Below, piece after piece: positions 1 to 13,287 of a DNA stretch of 64,000 nt; positions within the stretch are counted from its first letter, which is position 1; each line of letters begins with the position of its first letter. This DNA is from Pseudogymnoascus verrucosus. Taxonomy: Eukaryota. The notes under the pieces were generated by a model that worked only from the letters and a program-made list of their open reading frames with translations, did not search any database and was not told the origin of the DNA. The stretch is taken from NCBI GenBank assembly GCA_001662655.1, contig KV460207.1, one strand, 5' to 3'. The position numbers and the translations under genes were made by a program.

Positions 1-571
1 TTAGTCTGCATCTGTATACCCCGCCGAATGCCGCGAAGGAGGGTTGCCATGTTTGGGACGAACGCCATGGAGGCAGGAGCCACGTGAAGCAGAATAATTA
101 TTTCTCGGTGATGGGGGTGAGGGGAGGTAGGGTGGAGGACCTGATGTGAGGGGGGTTTTGTGTGTTAATGTTTTATGAGTCTTTAGGGTTTCATGGGGGT
201 TTATGACTGGCTTTAAGGGTTTGGTTGAGGGTAGATGGGGTGCGGGAGCGGGATAAGTTGTATAATAGACAGCTGTTAATGACATCATCCACACGCGACA
301 GCTGTCTTTTGCTGCTTCAACCACAATCGTCAGTTTCTAGCTTGTAGGATTATAACATCAACTTCATTTAATGAAGGGTGCTGTGCAATTTCAAAGTGTT
401 CTTTCAATTCTGTAATTGACAGGCTGGACGTTAACTGTTGAGCTCTCAACTCCTTCTTATGACGTTCCGGATTCGACACAAGGTCTCACATCTGCATTTA
501 GCTATATGCCAACAAGACAAGCACTACCGCCACCGACAATAATATAATACACGCTCAAGAGCCACGTCAAA

Positions 572-3336
572 ATGTGGCCTTTATCCAAGAACCACTCCTC
601 CAGAACAAACGGATCCTCCAAAGCAAACGGCTCCTTCAAAAATTCCATCGCCCAGCCGTCCTCGAAACAAACTGCCCCCTCCCAGAACCCTATGCCACCA
701 TACCAACCATCTGCAAGACCAGGGTCCTCCTCAGGGATCCCAATCCCCCAAACAACCACAACTCCTACACAACTCACCCCCGGCAGCACACCCCCCCCAT
801 CAACGCCCCCCCACTTCTCGCAGCGCCACCAATACCCACCCCAACTACCACCTCTCCAACAGCAACAGCAAGACGAACAACTGCTCCTCCAACAACAACA
901 ACAACAACAGCAGCAGCAACAGCAACAGCTCCTCCTCCTCCAAAAGCAGCAGCAGCAGCAGCAGCAACAACAACAACAACTGCCAGCCCAGCCCCATACT
1001 CCCCCCAAAAAACGAAGCAGCGGCGGCGCCTCTACCCTCTCCAGGCGCACCTCCGGCGCCAAAACCCCCACCACTCCAGGAAGAGGACACTCCTACACTA
1101 GCAGCGTCGGCAGCGCAGGCAGCGCAGGCAGCACCGCCGGCTTCGGGCGATGGAGCCACCGTAGCTTACCCTCCCCGCCTGACTCGCTCGCTGGGAACGG
1201 CGAACCTAGCACTGTAACGCAGCTGGGAGAGCGCAGGAGCTGGGGTACAGCGGAGCCTAGGGAGCGCAGGAGCTGGGGCACAGCAGCGGAGCGGAAGAGC
1301 TGGGGCGCGGCGGGGACGGGGGGGTTGGGGGCGGCGGGTGATGCAGGGCAGCCGAGCGAGCAGAGAAGGAGTTGGGGGGCGGGGAATGGGGAGAGGGGGA
1401 TTGGGAGGGTGGCGGCGAAGATTAAAGCTGCTGTGCTTGGGAGGGAGGAGGAGGAGGGTGGGGGGAGGTGGAGTAAGGAGGGGAGTTTAGGGGGGAGTTT
1501 GGGGGGGAGTTTGGGGGGGAGTTTGGGGGCGAGCGCGTCGGGGAGTAAGGTCGCGAGTCAGGTGGGGAGTAAGGTCGGGAGTCAAGTTGGGAGTGTGAAT
1601 GGGGGCCTTGGGGGGGAGGTGGAGGGGAAGAGGAAGAGTGGTGTTAGTAGTGCGGCCGTGTCGCCAACGCGTTCGCCTAGCGATAGTGATGGTGAGGCCC
1701 CAGAGCCAAAGCGCGGGTGGGCCGACAGGGTGAAGGCGAGGAGGAAGAGGAGTTCAAGGTGGCGGGCGAAGAAGGTGGATGAGAATGTCATGCCTCCGGG
1801 GATGGTGCCGGGGACGGGGGGGTTGGCAAATAGGCCGTGGGGGCGGAGGGCGATCTGGGGGCGGCGGACGGGCGACAAGGGGGAGGAGGGGGAGGAGAAG
1901 AAGAAGAAGGTTGGGGGGTTCGTTACGATGCTGGATGCTAGTCCGGCGCCGATTAGGTTACCCGGTTATGAGAAGGTATCGAGGAAGTCGGATGAATTGG
2001 GGGAGGTGAAGGAGGAGGTGAAAGAGGAGGCGAAGGGGAAAGAGGTGGAGGAGGAGGAACTGGAGGAGGGTGAAGAGGAAGACGAGTGGGATGAGGAAAG
2101 CTTGGTGCAACTGTCCGACTGGTGGAGACAGATGCTTGGGAAGGGGAAGGATCCAACCTGGCAGGAACTGGACATGATATCCGCCTTCCTGACCGATTTG
2201 TACGACGAGGAGACACCCTCTTTAGAGATGATCCTAACAACGCGGCTACACAAGCTGCTCGAGGCGCTGATTAAGGCAGCCGGCGAGCAAGGGCTGCGCT
2301 ACGAGGGGAAGAGGTATCGCAAGATCGCGCGCAAGGCGACTGAGATAAGGGACAAGTGGATGGATGATATGGACGGCCATCTGTACGATATGCGAACCGA
2401 GCGGCGGAAGATGCTGAAAGGCGAGAAGGGGAGGCTTACCAGGGTGCATATGCGCCCAGTGGGCGAGCATAGCTCGCGGTGGGTGGTTGAAGGGCACCTC
2501 GTGGAGGAGGGAATAGAGTTCGAGCCTGGGATGTGAGTCTCAACCCAACCCTCCAACGATTAGACAACAGGAGCTAACGACAACATAGGTGGTGGCTTAA
2601 TGACGCGTGCGCCGAACGCGACGGTATGCTAACGGACACTCGTGGCAACGTATCCGTGTCGCCGCAATCGGTCCCTGTGGTGACGCTAGCATTCGGCGAG
2701 GAGATGCCGACGCAAAAGCCGACAATCACGCGGTTCACCCACAGCGGTCGTATCGAGACGATGATGCTGCCGCTACTGCGGGCGCTGGATAAGCGCGTGC
2801 AGGTGCTTCGGCGGTATACTCTCAAGTCTCGGCTGGCTCCTGAGGCGGGGCTGCGGTATGACGGGTTCTATGATATTGTGCTGTATAGTTTCCAGCGGTT
2901 ATCATGGGACGAGAGCGTCTTCAGGGTGGTGGTTGAGTTTGAGAGGTGTATGGGACAAAGGCCGATGGATACAGTATTGGCGGTGCCGACGCCTAGTATG
3001 CTGGATGATTGGGATATTTACCAGGAGATCAAGGATGATAGCGTGAGGCGGAGCGTGGGGGAGGCGTGGTATCGCGAGAGCTTGAGTAAGGAGAGGGAGG
3101 AGGAGAGAGATCGCGTGAGCTGGCATCAGGTGCGCGCTGATGAGGATAGGAGGAGGGCGGAGGAGGATGCGAGGAGGGAGAAGGAGGAGGAGAGGCGGGC
3201 GGAGGAGGATGCGAGGAGGGCGGTGGAGGACGGGAAGAGGGAGGCGCAGATGAAGAAGGCGGAGAGGGAGTTGCAGTATTTGGAGGAGCAGGAGAGGATA
3301 GAGGCTGAGGGGGGTGAGGAGGAGGAGAGTGAGTAG
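572..3336 (+). CDS. SRA-YDG domain protein with polyQ/low-complexity N-terminus; exons 572-2532, 2589-3336
   Basis: Intron GTGAGT(2533)..CTAAC..TAG(2588) joins two ORFs in frame (FEPGM-WWLNDACAERDG). SRA-type motif VQVLRRYTLKSRLAPEAGLRYDGFYDI; charged coiled-coil tail. Confidence 0.8.
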
Positions 3337-4016
3337 CGATAAGCGCCATGGGTGGAAAGAAGGTGGTTGCGGGGGATAGCAAAGCAACCTATAAATGTAA
3401 TATATACTGTACAAAAAGAAATCTGGAAACTGGACTCCTCATCGTCTGTGTCAACGACGTACATAAACCCAACTCAGATTTCACCATCCTTCAACTTGTC
3501 AGTGACTTCACACATTGGATCCGGATCTAAGTAAGAGTTTGCTTATTAATATTAAATTCGTAAGCATGCAGCCAGCCACCAACGTTCTGATTGTAGAAAT
3601 GCTGCTTCGGAGACAAAGTATTGCGGTAACAAATTATTCCGACAACAAGAGAGCCCGCGACAGGAATGTTCTAGCGACAGGGGTATTCTGATGACAGGAG
3701 TATTCCATCCATCGACGGGTGTAAAGTAAACAGGTGATGACACTACCCCGCCGATACCGCAGCAGGATAGGTTCCTCAAGGCTTTCCCCAACGGGTATTA
3801 TGCTCTTCTTAGTTGAAGTATTCTTGTATCGCAACTGGCTGCAAACAGGATTCCATTTTATTTTAATGATTCATTTCAGTTGTTGTTAGAGGACGAAGTG
3901 GTAAGTAAGGTCGCCGATCTCCCGTAGTGTTTACCCCACATTTCGGCTGCCGCAGAGAAAAATCATAAATCGGCGCTAGTACCAAACGGTGCTCCAACCA
4001 CCATCAAGCTGAGTCT

Positions 4017-7000
4017 ATGCGGCTCATCAGGGAAGCTCAATCACTCACGAACGCACCTTCCCGCACAGTCACTGGCATTCTTAACTTCTTAACTGGGACA
4101 CTGACACGTGGGGTAATTAGCCGACGCAAGATGGATCACGGGGCAGGCGCGGCTAATGGGGGAGGCGAAGAGCATGCGCGCAAACGGGTGAGGCGCGAGG
4201 AGGGAGTATCAACAACACCAACACCAACCATTGACTCTTCTGCGGCTTATCTGAACGGCAAAGAAGACATGGAGAAGAGCAAGATTGCGGAGTTGACTTC
4301 GAATGCTAGTCACAGCAGGGAGAGGGAGGTCGGTATTCTGCGATGGGTGAACGAGGAGAACGTCGGATTTGAGGGCGTGCTGAAGCAGAGGTATGTGGGG
4401 AAGTTTTCTTTGGGTTGATTCATGATTTGGAAGGGTTCGATTTCAACTTGGAGGGGTTTCTATTATTCTTTGGGTGATGCAACCATTTCAATCACGTGGG
4501 CCTGAGCTCAGATGTTCATGATCAGACGTTGATACCAGTGGCATCGTTATTCATGTTGATATATCTTTGTTGTTGCTCGTATCGATTGCCATTTCACCTA
4601 CTTACTATGAACAAGATACACCGATTTCCTTGTGAACGAGATCACACCTGACGGAAAGGTCATCCATCTCACCAACCTCTACCCTTCAAAGCCAAGCAAA
4701 CAGCAGCAAGCCAAACCTGCTCAGTCACCAGCACCACAAGAGCCAGTAAAGGCAGCTGAACCTGTGGAGTCTGTGCCAGCCCCAACTACAACTGTGGCTA
4801 CTGAAGTAGCTCAAGCCCCAGCACCTACAGCAGTTGAGCCGCCCAAGACGTCAACTGCTCCAGCAGCTCCCGGCGATGCAGCAGCTGCTGCGGAATCGTT
4901 TGCTCTGGCACCAGAAGACGAGGTGTCGCTTGATAATTACTTCGGCGCCGATATCAGGGAGCAAATTGTCAAGATGTACAAGAAAATTTTGGCAAAGCCG
5001 AACGAAAAGGCCGCCACATACGGATCAGTTACATCGGAGCCAATTTTGGACCGTGAACTACGCACAAAGCTACACCATGTACGTGACTACCTAGATAACT
5101 ATGGTTTATATATAGACTAATCGTGTTATAGGATATGAGACGCATTTTCGATTCGCGGCTCGAGACCAACACTGACAAGGATGGGTTCATCAGGATTTCC
5201 GCAGCACCAAAAGCCGGACCCAACAGAGGCCCACGTGGTGCTCCAAACCAGCAAACCCCACGCAATCAGCAGAAGGGCAAGCTCGGTTGGGCAGAACTCG
5301 GCGGCGAGCATCTTCATTTCTCCCTATTGAAGGAGAACAAGGACACCATGGAGGTCATCTCCTTCATATCTAGCCGCTTGGGTATGAAGCCGAGATCTTT
5401 CGCGTTTGCTGGCACCAAGGATAGGCGTGGAGTTACTGTTCAGCGAGTCAGCGTTTTCCGCAAGAATGCTGAACAAATCTGTCATTTGAACAGAGATATG
5501 TGGGGCTCCAAGATTGGCGACTTCACATACGAGAAGCACGCACTTGAGCTTGGCGATCTGACTGGAAATGAGTTCCATATTACCCTCAGGGACTGTCAGT
5601 TTCCAGGCGCTGATAACCTAGATGACGAGGGCAAGCTTGCCCTTGCCAACAAGGTTGTGGGTGGTGCTGTCCAATCTATCCAATCTCATGGGTTCCTTAA
5701 CTACTATGGGCTCCAGCGATTTGGTACATACCTCATTGGCACAGACGAAATCGGCAAACTCATCCTCAAGAATGATTATAAGGGAGCTGTTGATGCTATC
5801 CTGAGTTACAGCCCGGAGTGCCTCTCTGCTGGCCAGGATCCAGACTTTGTCACCTCAGATGGGAAGCCGCTGTCCAGAGACGACATTGCCAGAGCCAAGG
5901 CAATCGACATCTTTAAGGCTACTGGTCGCGCCAAGGAGGCTTTGGACAAGCTGCCAAGAAAATTCAGCGCCGAGTCGACGATTATTCGCCATCTCGAACG
6001 CGGAGACAGAAAGACCGACTACATGGGAGCGATTCTGCAGATTAACAGAAATCTCCGACTCATGTACGTCCACGCATATCAATCGCTGGTGTGGAACCAC
6101 GCGGTCAGCGAACGCTGGGCCCAATCTGGGGACAAGGTCGTCGAGGGTGATTTGGTCCTTGTGGAAGCCAATGCCGACAAGCCTGAAGTCGAGGAACTCG
6201 ACCAAAACGGTGAAGTCGTCGTTCTCCCAGCAGCGGATGACACGGCCGTAAGCACAGACGATATGTTCCAGCGCGCTCGTCCGCTGTCTGCCGAGGAAGC
6301 CGCTTCGGGGAAGTTCTCAATCTTCGATATCGTCTTGCCTACTCCTGGCTATGACATCGAGTATCCGTTGAACGCTATTGGTGACTTCTATAAGACTTTC
6401 ATGGGCTCGGAGCGTGGTGGTGGCCTTGACCCGGCGAACATGCGACGTGCGCAGAAGGATTTCTCGCTGAGTGGGAGTTACAGGAAGATCATGGGCACGG
6501 TTGGCAACGATGTCACATATGAAGTGAAGGCTTACACCGAGGATAATGAGCAGATGGTTGAGACAGATCTGGATCGCATCAATAAGAGTCGTGGACAGCC
6601 TAACCGCAACTCCGAGCCAAAGCATAGATACGCGGGCAAGGAAGTGTTTGGCAATGTGGATGCTGCGGCTGGACAGAATGCCTGGGCTGATTCAGCCAAG
6701 ACCATTACCGAGGGTGATAAAGCCCTTGAGGCAACCGCAGCTAGTGTCGATAAATCCAGCGTTCCTGCTGTGCGTGAGACGTTCATTCAGAAGGATGGTG
6801 GAAATGGCGAGCAAACTGGAGTCAAAGAAACCGTTTTACTGCCCGGGTCCGCGGCATCTGGCGAAGCTGCAACCACTATTCCAGAAGCCGCCACAGAGGA
6901 CAAAAAGCGTGCAGCTGATGATATAACTGGAGATGACGACGAGGCTGTGGAAAAGCGACGCAAGATTGCTGTTGTTGTCAAATTCCAGCTTGGATCGAGC

Positions 7001-7084
7001 CAGTATGCGACTATGGCGTTGAGGGAGCTCATGAAGGAGGGAGGCGTAGTGACATATAAGCCAGACTTCAGCAGCGGGCGTTAG
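4017..7084 (+). CDS. PUS7: Multisubstrate pseudouridine synthase 7 (TruD family); exons 4017-4390, 4616-5078, 5132-7084 (start could be ATG 4131)
   Basis: Spliced motifs GVLKQR-YTDFLVNEI, FAGTKDRRGVTVQ, GFLNYYGLQRFG, MYVHAYQS, GSYRK, FQLGSSQYATMALRELMK; canonical introns. Confidence 0.95.
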
Positions 7085-7279
7085 GGTTGGATGTACAATA
7101 CAAAAAGTCGAGATGTTACAGGGGATCAGTGGCTACCAATAGAGTAGGGCTAGGCATATACAAAATGAATCGAGGAATCTGACACAATTTTAATGATCTG
7201 AGCATTTAATAAACATATAAATCCGGGCGGAGATCAGTAACTATATTCAACTATCTGTATCTAAATCAAACGGGGAGAC

Positions 7280-7522
7280 TTACATGCAAAAGCACTGGGT
7301 GGTAGGTTTGACCCTGACCTTCTTTCTGAACTTCTGCTTCTGCTCTGCGGCGTATGTCCGGCATCTCTCGCACCTAGCAAACTCCTCGAGATTCCGCACG
7401 CCGCCTTTGCACCAGATGCTGTGTCCGGCCTCGAATGTCTGCTGCTTGGCAATGGCGCATTTCCGGCGATTAACTATGACACAATTGCACCCCTTATAGC
7501 GGATAGCTACCTGTTTGCACAT
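7280..7522 (-). CDS. Small (80 aa) Cys-rich protein with polybasic C-terminus and CaaX motif
   Basis: ATG in CACAATG context; TATATAA about 140 nt upstream; MCxxxxxxYxxCxC start, CxxC, ends KQKFRKKVRVKPTTQCFCM. Confidence 0.6.
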   Translation of the reverse strand: MCKQVAIRYKGCNCVIVNRRKCAIAKQQTFEAGHSIWCKGGVRNLEEFARCERCRTYAAEQKQKFRKKVRVKPTTQCFCM

Positions 7523-8958
7523 TGTGAGAGATTGGGGTGGGAATAGCCGGCTTGCGGATTGTGTATACTTACTGTGGGTGTGTTTTGTTGCGGTTGGTGC
7601 ATCAGATCGAGTTCTGCGTGTCTGGAGAAGATGAGATAATTGGGATAATGGCCCTCTTATATAGGCAAATCATGGATGATAAATGGTATTGTCTATGATA
7701 AAACAACAACAAAGGAGAGTACCGCTATGAATAGGACCATCCGAGGTAGATAATTCATTGTGCAGGGAGTAAAGCAACCAAGAAACCAGGGGATCCTGTT
7801 TTGGATCTCGCTTTCAAAGCGGGACAAAGACATGTAAGTTTGTTTTAAGAGAGTTCTCCAGGCGTTCAATCTACAAGGAGGGTATTTGTGAGGCATCCTT
7901 TGACTCGTGGCTTCTCGTCCACGTTCTCACTGCTCCTCCTTTCTTACCACCCCAGTTACAAAAGTAAATACTCACATAACATATCATAACAAGAGAATCC
8001 ACAACGCAATCAGCACCTACTTGCAGTTCCAGCCGCGTCGACTGTGTCTATAAACACCGAAACCAGTGGGGAAGGTCAAAATAAGGTTATGGCGCCTGCC
8101 AACCCTGCCAAGGTTTAGCAGCTCCATTATTCAGCCTCAGTTTAAATCACTACTACCATTCGAGTGAAAGAATATCATGGTCTCAGCTCTCCTACCCTTG
8201 TGGCTAGATTGGCCTTCGATCAGAACAATGGCGCCCTTCCCATTTCTGTAACCATGCAATTGTCGGCGCTAAGTATCGACAGGGCAGTGCGACTGTGTCT
8301 GGTCCCTGATTCGACGACTCGGGCCTTCTTTTCACAGCCCAAACCAACAAATGATTTCAAAAACTATTGGGTGTATGAAGTTAGAATGAGGCCGGGGTTC
8401 CAGTGATTGCCAACGATAACAGTATCGCCTGGTTCTCCGAAAGCTGGGGGCCAAGAAAAACAAATTCTGGCGATCGCGGAGCGTCACCTCCCGCGATAGA
8501 AACAGGCAAGAACACCCACAGGATGATTTTCGCACTATTCCATTGCAGCAACCATCACCGATCTTTGCCTCTCAAATGACCTTCGGATGGCAGGCATTCT
8601 TGCATAGCAGTTACAGGGAAGGGAGGTCTGACTGCGAATGCCGAGAGGCAACCCCGCATTGGACGATATTATGAGCATCTCCAACATGCACTCCAAGCTA
8701 CCCCGCATAGTTTTTTGGGGTGCCAGATGCGACCGTATAGCACTACCGGTATGGATAATAGGGATATTGCCTGTAGGTATGCTGTAAGTCCATGGATCAT
8801 CTTGCTAGAGCATCCTCCGGATGGTCGAATTTTCCTTCCAGTACCATGCCAATGCGGAGAACAAGTGCTCTTATAAGTGCTCCTCCCCATAGCCCTGAGG
8901 AAAAACACTTCGCGGGATCTTTCAGTCTATTCTATAACTGTGAGTATTTCGTTGCAGT

Positions 8959-10921
8959 ATGCCGTCTTCAATCTCACTCGTGGCGGTATCTGCTCTCTGT
9001 GCCAGCTTCGGCTTCGCACAAGGCGCAAAAGTACCAACGCCAACTACACCAGGCGCTTTGAAATTCCACGACCACCCAGGACAATCGACCAAGGTATACA
9101 ATGTTTCTGCAGCAAAGACAACTCTCTCATATAAGTACACCAATGAAGAGCTAGCTATGTTATGGAACCAAGTCGGCAAGATCGAAGTAGGCCCGATTAC
9201 AACGACAGTCTCGCCAACTCCAGAGCCTACCTCCTATGCCAGACCGGGACTGTTTCACCCACAGGTTTGTTTTGTGCCCAACTGCTCAGTTATGGGCTAA
9301 AATTGATAGGTCCCAACCTACGAACCAGCCCTCAATGGCTCTAAACTGCCGAACGATTTCATGTGGGGCGTATCGGCCAGCTCCTATCAAATCGAAGGCG
9401 CTGCACGAGATGAGGGTAAAGGACCTTCGATTTGGGATCTTATATCTCACCGCGCGTACGGCAGTGTCGCAGATAATACCACCGGGGATATTGTAGCACA
9501 GCATTACTACCTGTACAAGCAGGACTTGGCACGCATCGCCAATCTCGGAATCCCATACTTTTCACCATCGTTTTCATGGCCACGGTTTTTTCCATTCGGC
9601 GCAGCCGGGTCCCCTGTCAATCAGGAGGGCGTCGCTCATTACGACGATGTGATCGCGACCATGGTCGACTTGGGTATCACGCCTGCTGTCACGTTGTTTC
9701 ATTGGGATACTCCCCTGGCGCTTTTCAATGCCTACGGCGCCTGGACAAGCCCTGAGATTGTGGACGACTTCTTCAATTATGCCAAATTTGTGATTTCGCG
9801 CTATGACGATTATGTTCCGGTCTGGTTTACCTTTAATGAACGTCAGTACTATTTCCATTACCCGAGTAACTCAGTAACTGACAAATTGTATAGCCCAATA
9901 TTGTAACTGGCAATACGCGTCCTATCCCGCTGGAAACGAGAAGGGAAATTACCCTGCATACCATGGTATTGAAGGTGGTCTCAAGGCCCGTATCGCCTGC
10001 AGCCACTACACAATCCTCGCCCACGCCAAGGTTGCGAAGTGGTATCACGAAGAGTTCAAAGGCAAGGGACGCATCACCTTCAAGAACTCTGGAAACTATT
10101 ACGCACCGCTAGACGAAGCTTCGGAAGGTGATATTGACGCCGTAGCCAGGCAGTATGCCTTCAGCTTGGGTTGGTTTGGCGGCCCTTGGTCGGATGGCGA
10201 TTATCCGGATATGTTGAAGAAGACTCTTGGGTCCCTACTACCAACTTTCACAAAGAAAGAGAAGGATATGGTAAAAGGAAGTTGTGACTTCTATGCCATC
10301 GATGGATACACTGCATTCTTTGGTACGGAACTCAAGGGTGGCTCGGCTGCCTGCGCGGCAAATAACTCTGATCCGTCGTTCCCCGAATGCGCAGGCAGTA
10401 CACAATTGGACCCAAGCGGTTTTCCAATTGGGCCGATGGCAGATGCCGGCGTTAGCTGGTTAACTTCGACGCCAAAGGCCATGCGAGCCTTCCTGAATGT
10501 GCTGACCAAAGAACTATTCCCTAGCGCCCCTGACATTGTTGTCTCTGAGTTTGGCTTCGCAGAGCCTGACGAAGGATTGTCATCGAACCTCGGGTCTATA
10601 CTATGGGATTTGAGACGTGCAGATTATATGCAGTCTACGTTGGATAATATTCTGGCGGCTAAGGTTCAAGACGGTAAGATATTTCAGTAACTAGCCCATC
10701 CAGTCGTGGCAGAAACTGACTGTTCTATAGGAGTGAATGTGACAGGAGCCTTTGGGTGGTCCATTATTGACAACTATGAATGGTTTGCTGGGTCAAGTGT
10801 CAAGTTCGGTTTGCAGTATCTGAACTACGAGACTTTGGAGAGGGTCCCCAAGGCATCTGCATTCCAGTTTGTAGATTGGTTCAAGAAATATGGAGGAGCG
10901 AGGCTGCCAGATAAAGCGTAA
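8959..10921 (+). CDS. Glycoside hydrolase family 1 beta-glucosidase with predicted signal peptide; about 4 exons
   Basis: [23 protein letters not shown], spliced catalytic TFNE-P (intron 9842-9893), nucleophile [17 protein letters not shown]-terminal [20 protein letters not shown]. Confidence 0.93.
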
Positions 10922-11881
10922 ATGATATACACATGGCCAGAAGTGACAAGAAGTTGTGGCGGACAACCGTCGTTAATTGGGCTATGTATAGCACAGTGAA
11001 TAATGGACGATCATGAATATAGAAGCCGTTTATTCCAACAACGTACAGAGCTGTGGGTTGCCAACCCAACCGTTTGACATGCTGGTGCCTGGGGCCTGAT
11101 AGTTGGCCTGGGGCGAATCTCAACATAAGAAAGGGCTCCGGACCGGAAATGACTCGTAAGAGTTAGGCATTCCTCTGTGGAGAACATTCACGGCCTGAAC
11201 AAAAACCGCGAGACCCGGAATCATATTTTGAAGGTCGGGTATTGTTTAAAAAAGCATTTCTTATGTGAAAGCCCTGCTGTACCACCAATGATACGACAAA
11301 TGCGGCCATGGAAGCGTCGATGAGGTGAAATCTAACGGAACTGTGCATTTGGCGATCGGCATAGGGGCCCTGCACGGCGTTGGTGCCGGGGAAGATCATT
11401 TGTGTCCCGACACCCAAAGAACAGGGGTTCTTGGTCCGGGGAGCAGTTCCGGTCGCCCCGTAAACCCTTAGACCCCGGATGATCGTTGGCCCTGTATGCA
11501 GTCCTACCATCCCTACAGCCTCGAATTGTGACAGGAAGGCTCGAGACGGTGAAGGCTCCGGTCATATATCACCTTCGTTATTCTCCCTGTATTTTACAAC
11601 TGTAAAGATCTCCGATGCCGCGCAGAGTTCACTCATCTTTTCGGACGTCTAAACGGCACTGTACCAACGCGCGTCTCCGTGCTGCCATTTGACATAAAAG
11701 CCCTTTCAGAGCGCTTTAGGAATCCGCATTTGGAATCATATCCTGACTCTTCATGAACTTTTAAGGCTGGCACCAACAAAGATTATTTTATTCACATTAA
11801 CCCTTGCCATAATAATCCTAGCAAAGATTCGCCTTTATTCACTTCCTCGCACTCGATATATATTTAACCCTCTTCATTGCA

Positions 11882-12822
11882 ATGGCTGCCTCCTCACCAA
11901 AGTTCGATTCCGACGAAGAATTCCAAAACGCGATCATGGAAAGCGCAGGTATCAAAGGAACTTCAAGCTCCCCGGGCCCCGCCTCATCCAAGAATGACTG
12001 TCACATCGCCCTCATCAAGACCAGCGACAGCCCTGTGCCATGGTGCGACGAATTTGAGAATATGATATCAGGCATGGAGTATGTCGAGTCCCTCGCTCTG
12101 TACCCCGCGCACACAGCTGACGAGAACTAGTTTCGACGCCCGCAATGCCCCAGCAATGATGGAGCACAAATTCAGAATCATGCAACTCCTGCGCAAGTTC
12201 AACGATCCCGCGCGCCTCGACGAGCCCGGCATCAGTCTCGCGAAGCTCCGAAGCAACGGCGCTGAGATACTCAAGCAAGCACTTGGGAAAATCGGGGTAA
12301 ACTCTGTCGTCGAGACGCCCCTGTACGCCATCTTCGGCTGCAACACGTTCATCGGCTCAACCGTCTATGCAAACCATGGGTATGTTCCTTCCCGTCCCCC
12401 TCCTCAACACAAACCCCGGCCCGGCCTCTCGCGCGGCCACCACCAACAAGGCCGAGACATCCAACACGACAAAGCTAACACAGCCCAGCCTCGCCATCCA
12501 CGACTCAGCGCCCGTCACAATTGGTGACCGCTGCCACATCGCCCCCAACGTGACCATCATTACAGAAAGCCACGGCGTTGACGTCGCGCCACGGCGTGCG
12601 GGGCTCCTCTACGCGCGTCCCGTCTCTATTGGCGACGACTGTTGGATCGGCACCAACGTTGTCATCCTGCCTGGTGTAACGATTGGGAAGGGCTGCACGA
12701 TCGGGTCATGTGCTGTGGTGTCGAAGAATATCCCCGATTTCAGTGTTGCGGCTGGGGTGCCCGCGAGGGTCATCAAGAAGTTGGAGGATCCGGATGCGCT
12801 GGTGAATGGGTTCGAGGAGTAG
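11882..12822 (+). CDS. Maltose/galactoside O-acetyltransferase family (hexapeptide repeat); 3 exons
   Basis: VPWCDEFENMISGM, YARPVSIGDDCWIGTNVVILPGVTIGKGCTIGSCAVVSKNIPDFSVAAGVPARVIKKL; introns near 12079-12130 and 12380-12489. Confidence 0.9.
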
Positions 12823-13287
12823 GGGTGTGAGTAGATCCTGTGGCAAGGCTGGTGTTTATGTTGGATTTTTTTAAGACGTTTCTTTCGTGATTGAGGCGCT
12901 GTTGGACAGGTTGTGTGGATTTTCCACTTGGTTGGAGCAAGGGTGGGAGAACTGGAATGCGGGGTGGGAATATAGACAGTATCGCTCGGGCGGAATTTTG
13001 CAGTTAATTTAATATATCGATGATTTATTCAAATTGGGTGCACGTACACCACTTGTGTATGTCTATTCTCCAATACTATTCATCCCCTTCGCTGCGTATC
13101 ATTATATCATAGCTCCATCTCAGCCGCCTGCGCTGTGTCGTAATATTTCCCCATCTCTGATAATATATTTTATAGTAGTCACCTTGTGACATACAACCCT
13201 ATAGTTACCACTCTGTCTTTAAATCCTAGCGACAATTCCAGTGTCTCTTTCTTTCTTGCGTAATTCTTCCTCTACTCAGCCAACTCC

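Noticed and set aside
502..1159. Poly-Cys and poly-Leu ORFs on the minus strand
   Set aside because: Antisense shadows of the CAG/CAA polyQ tract.
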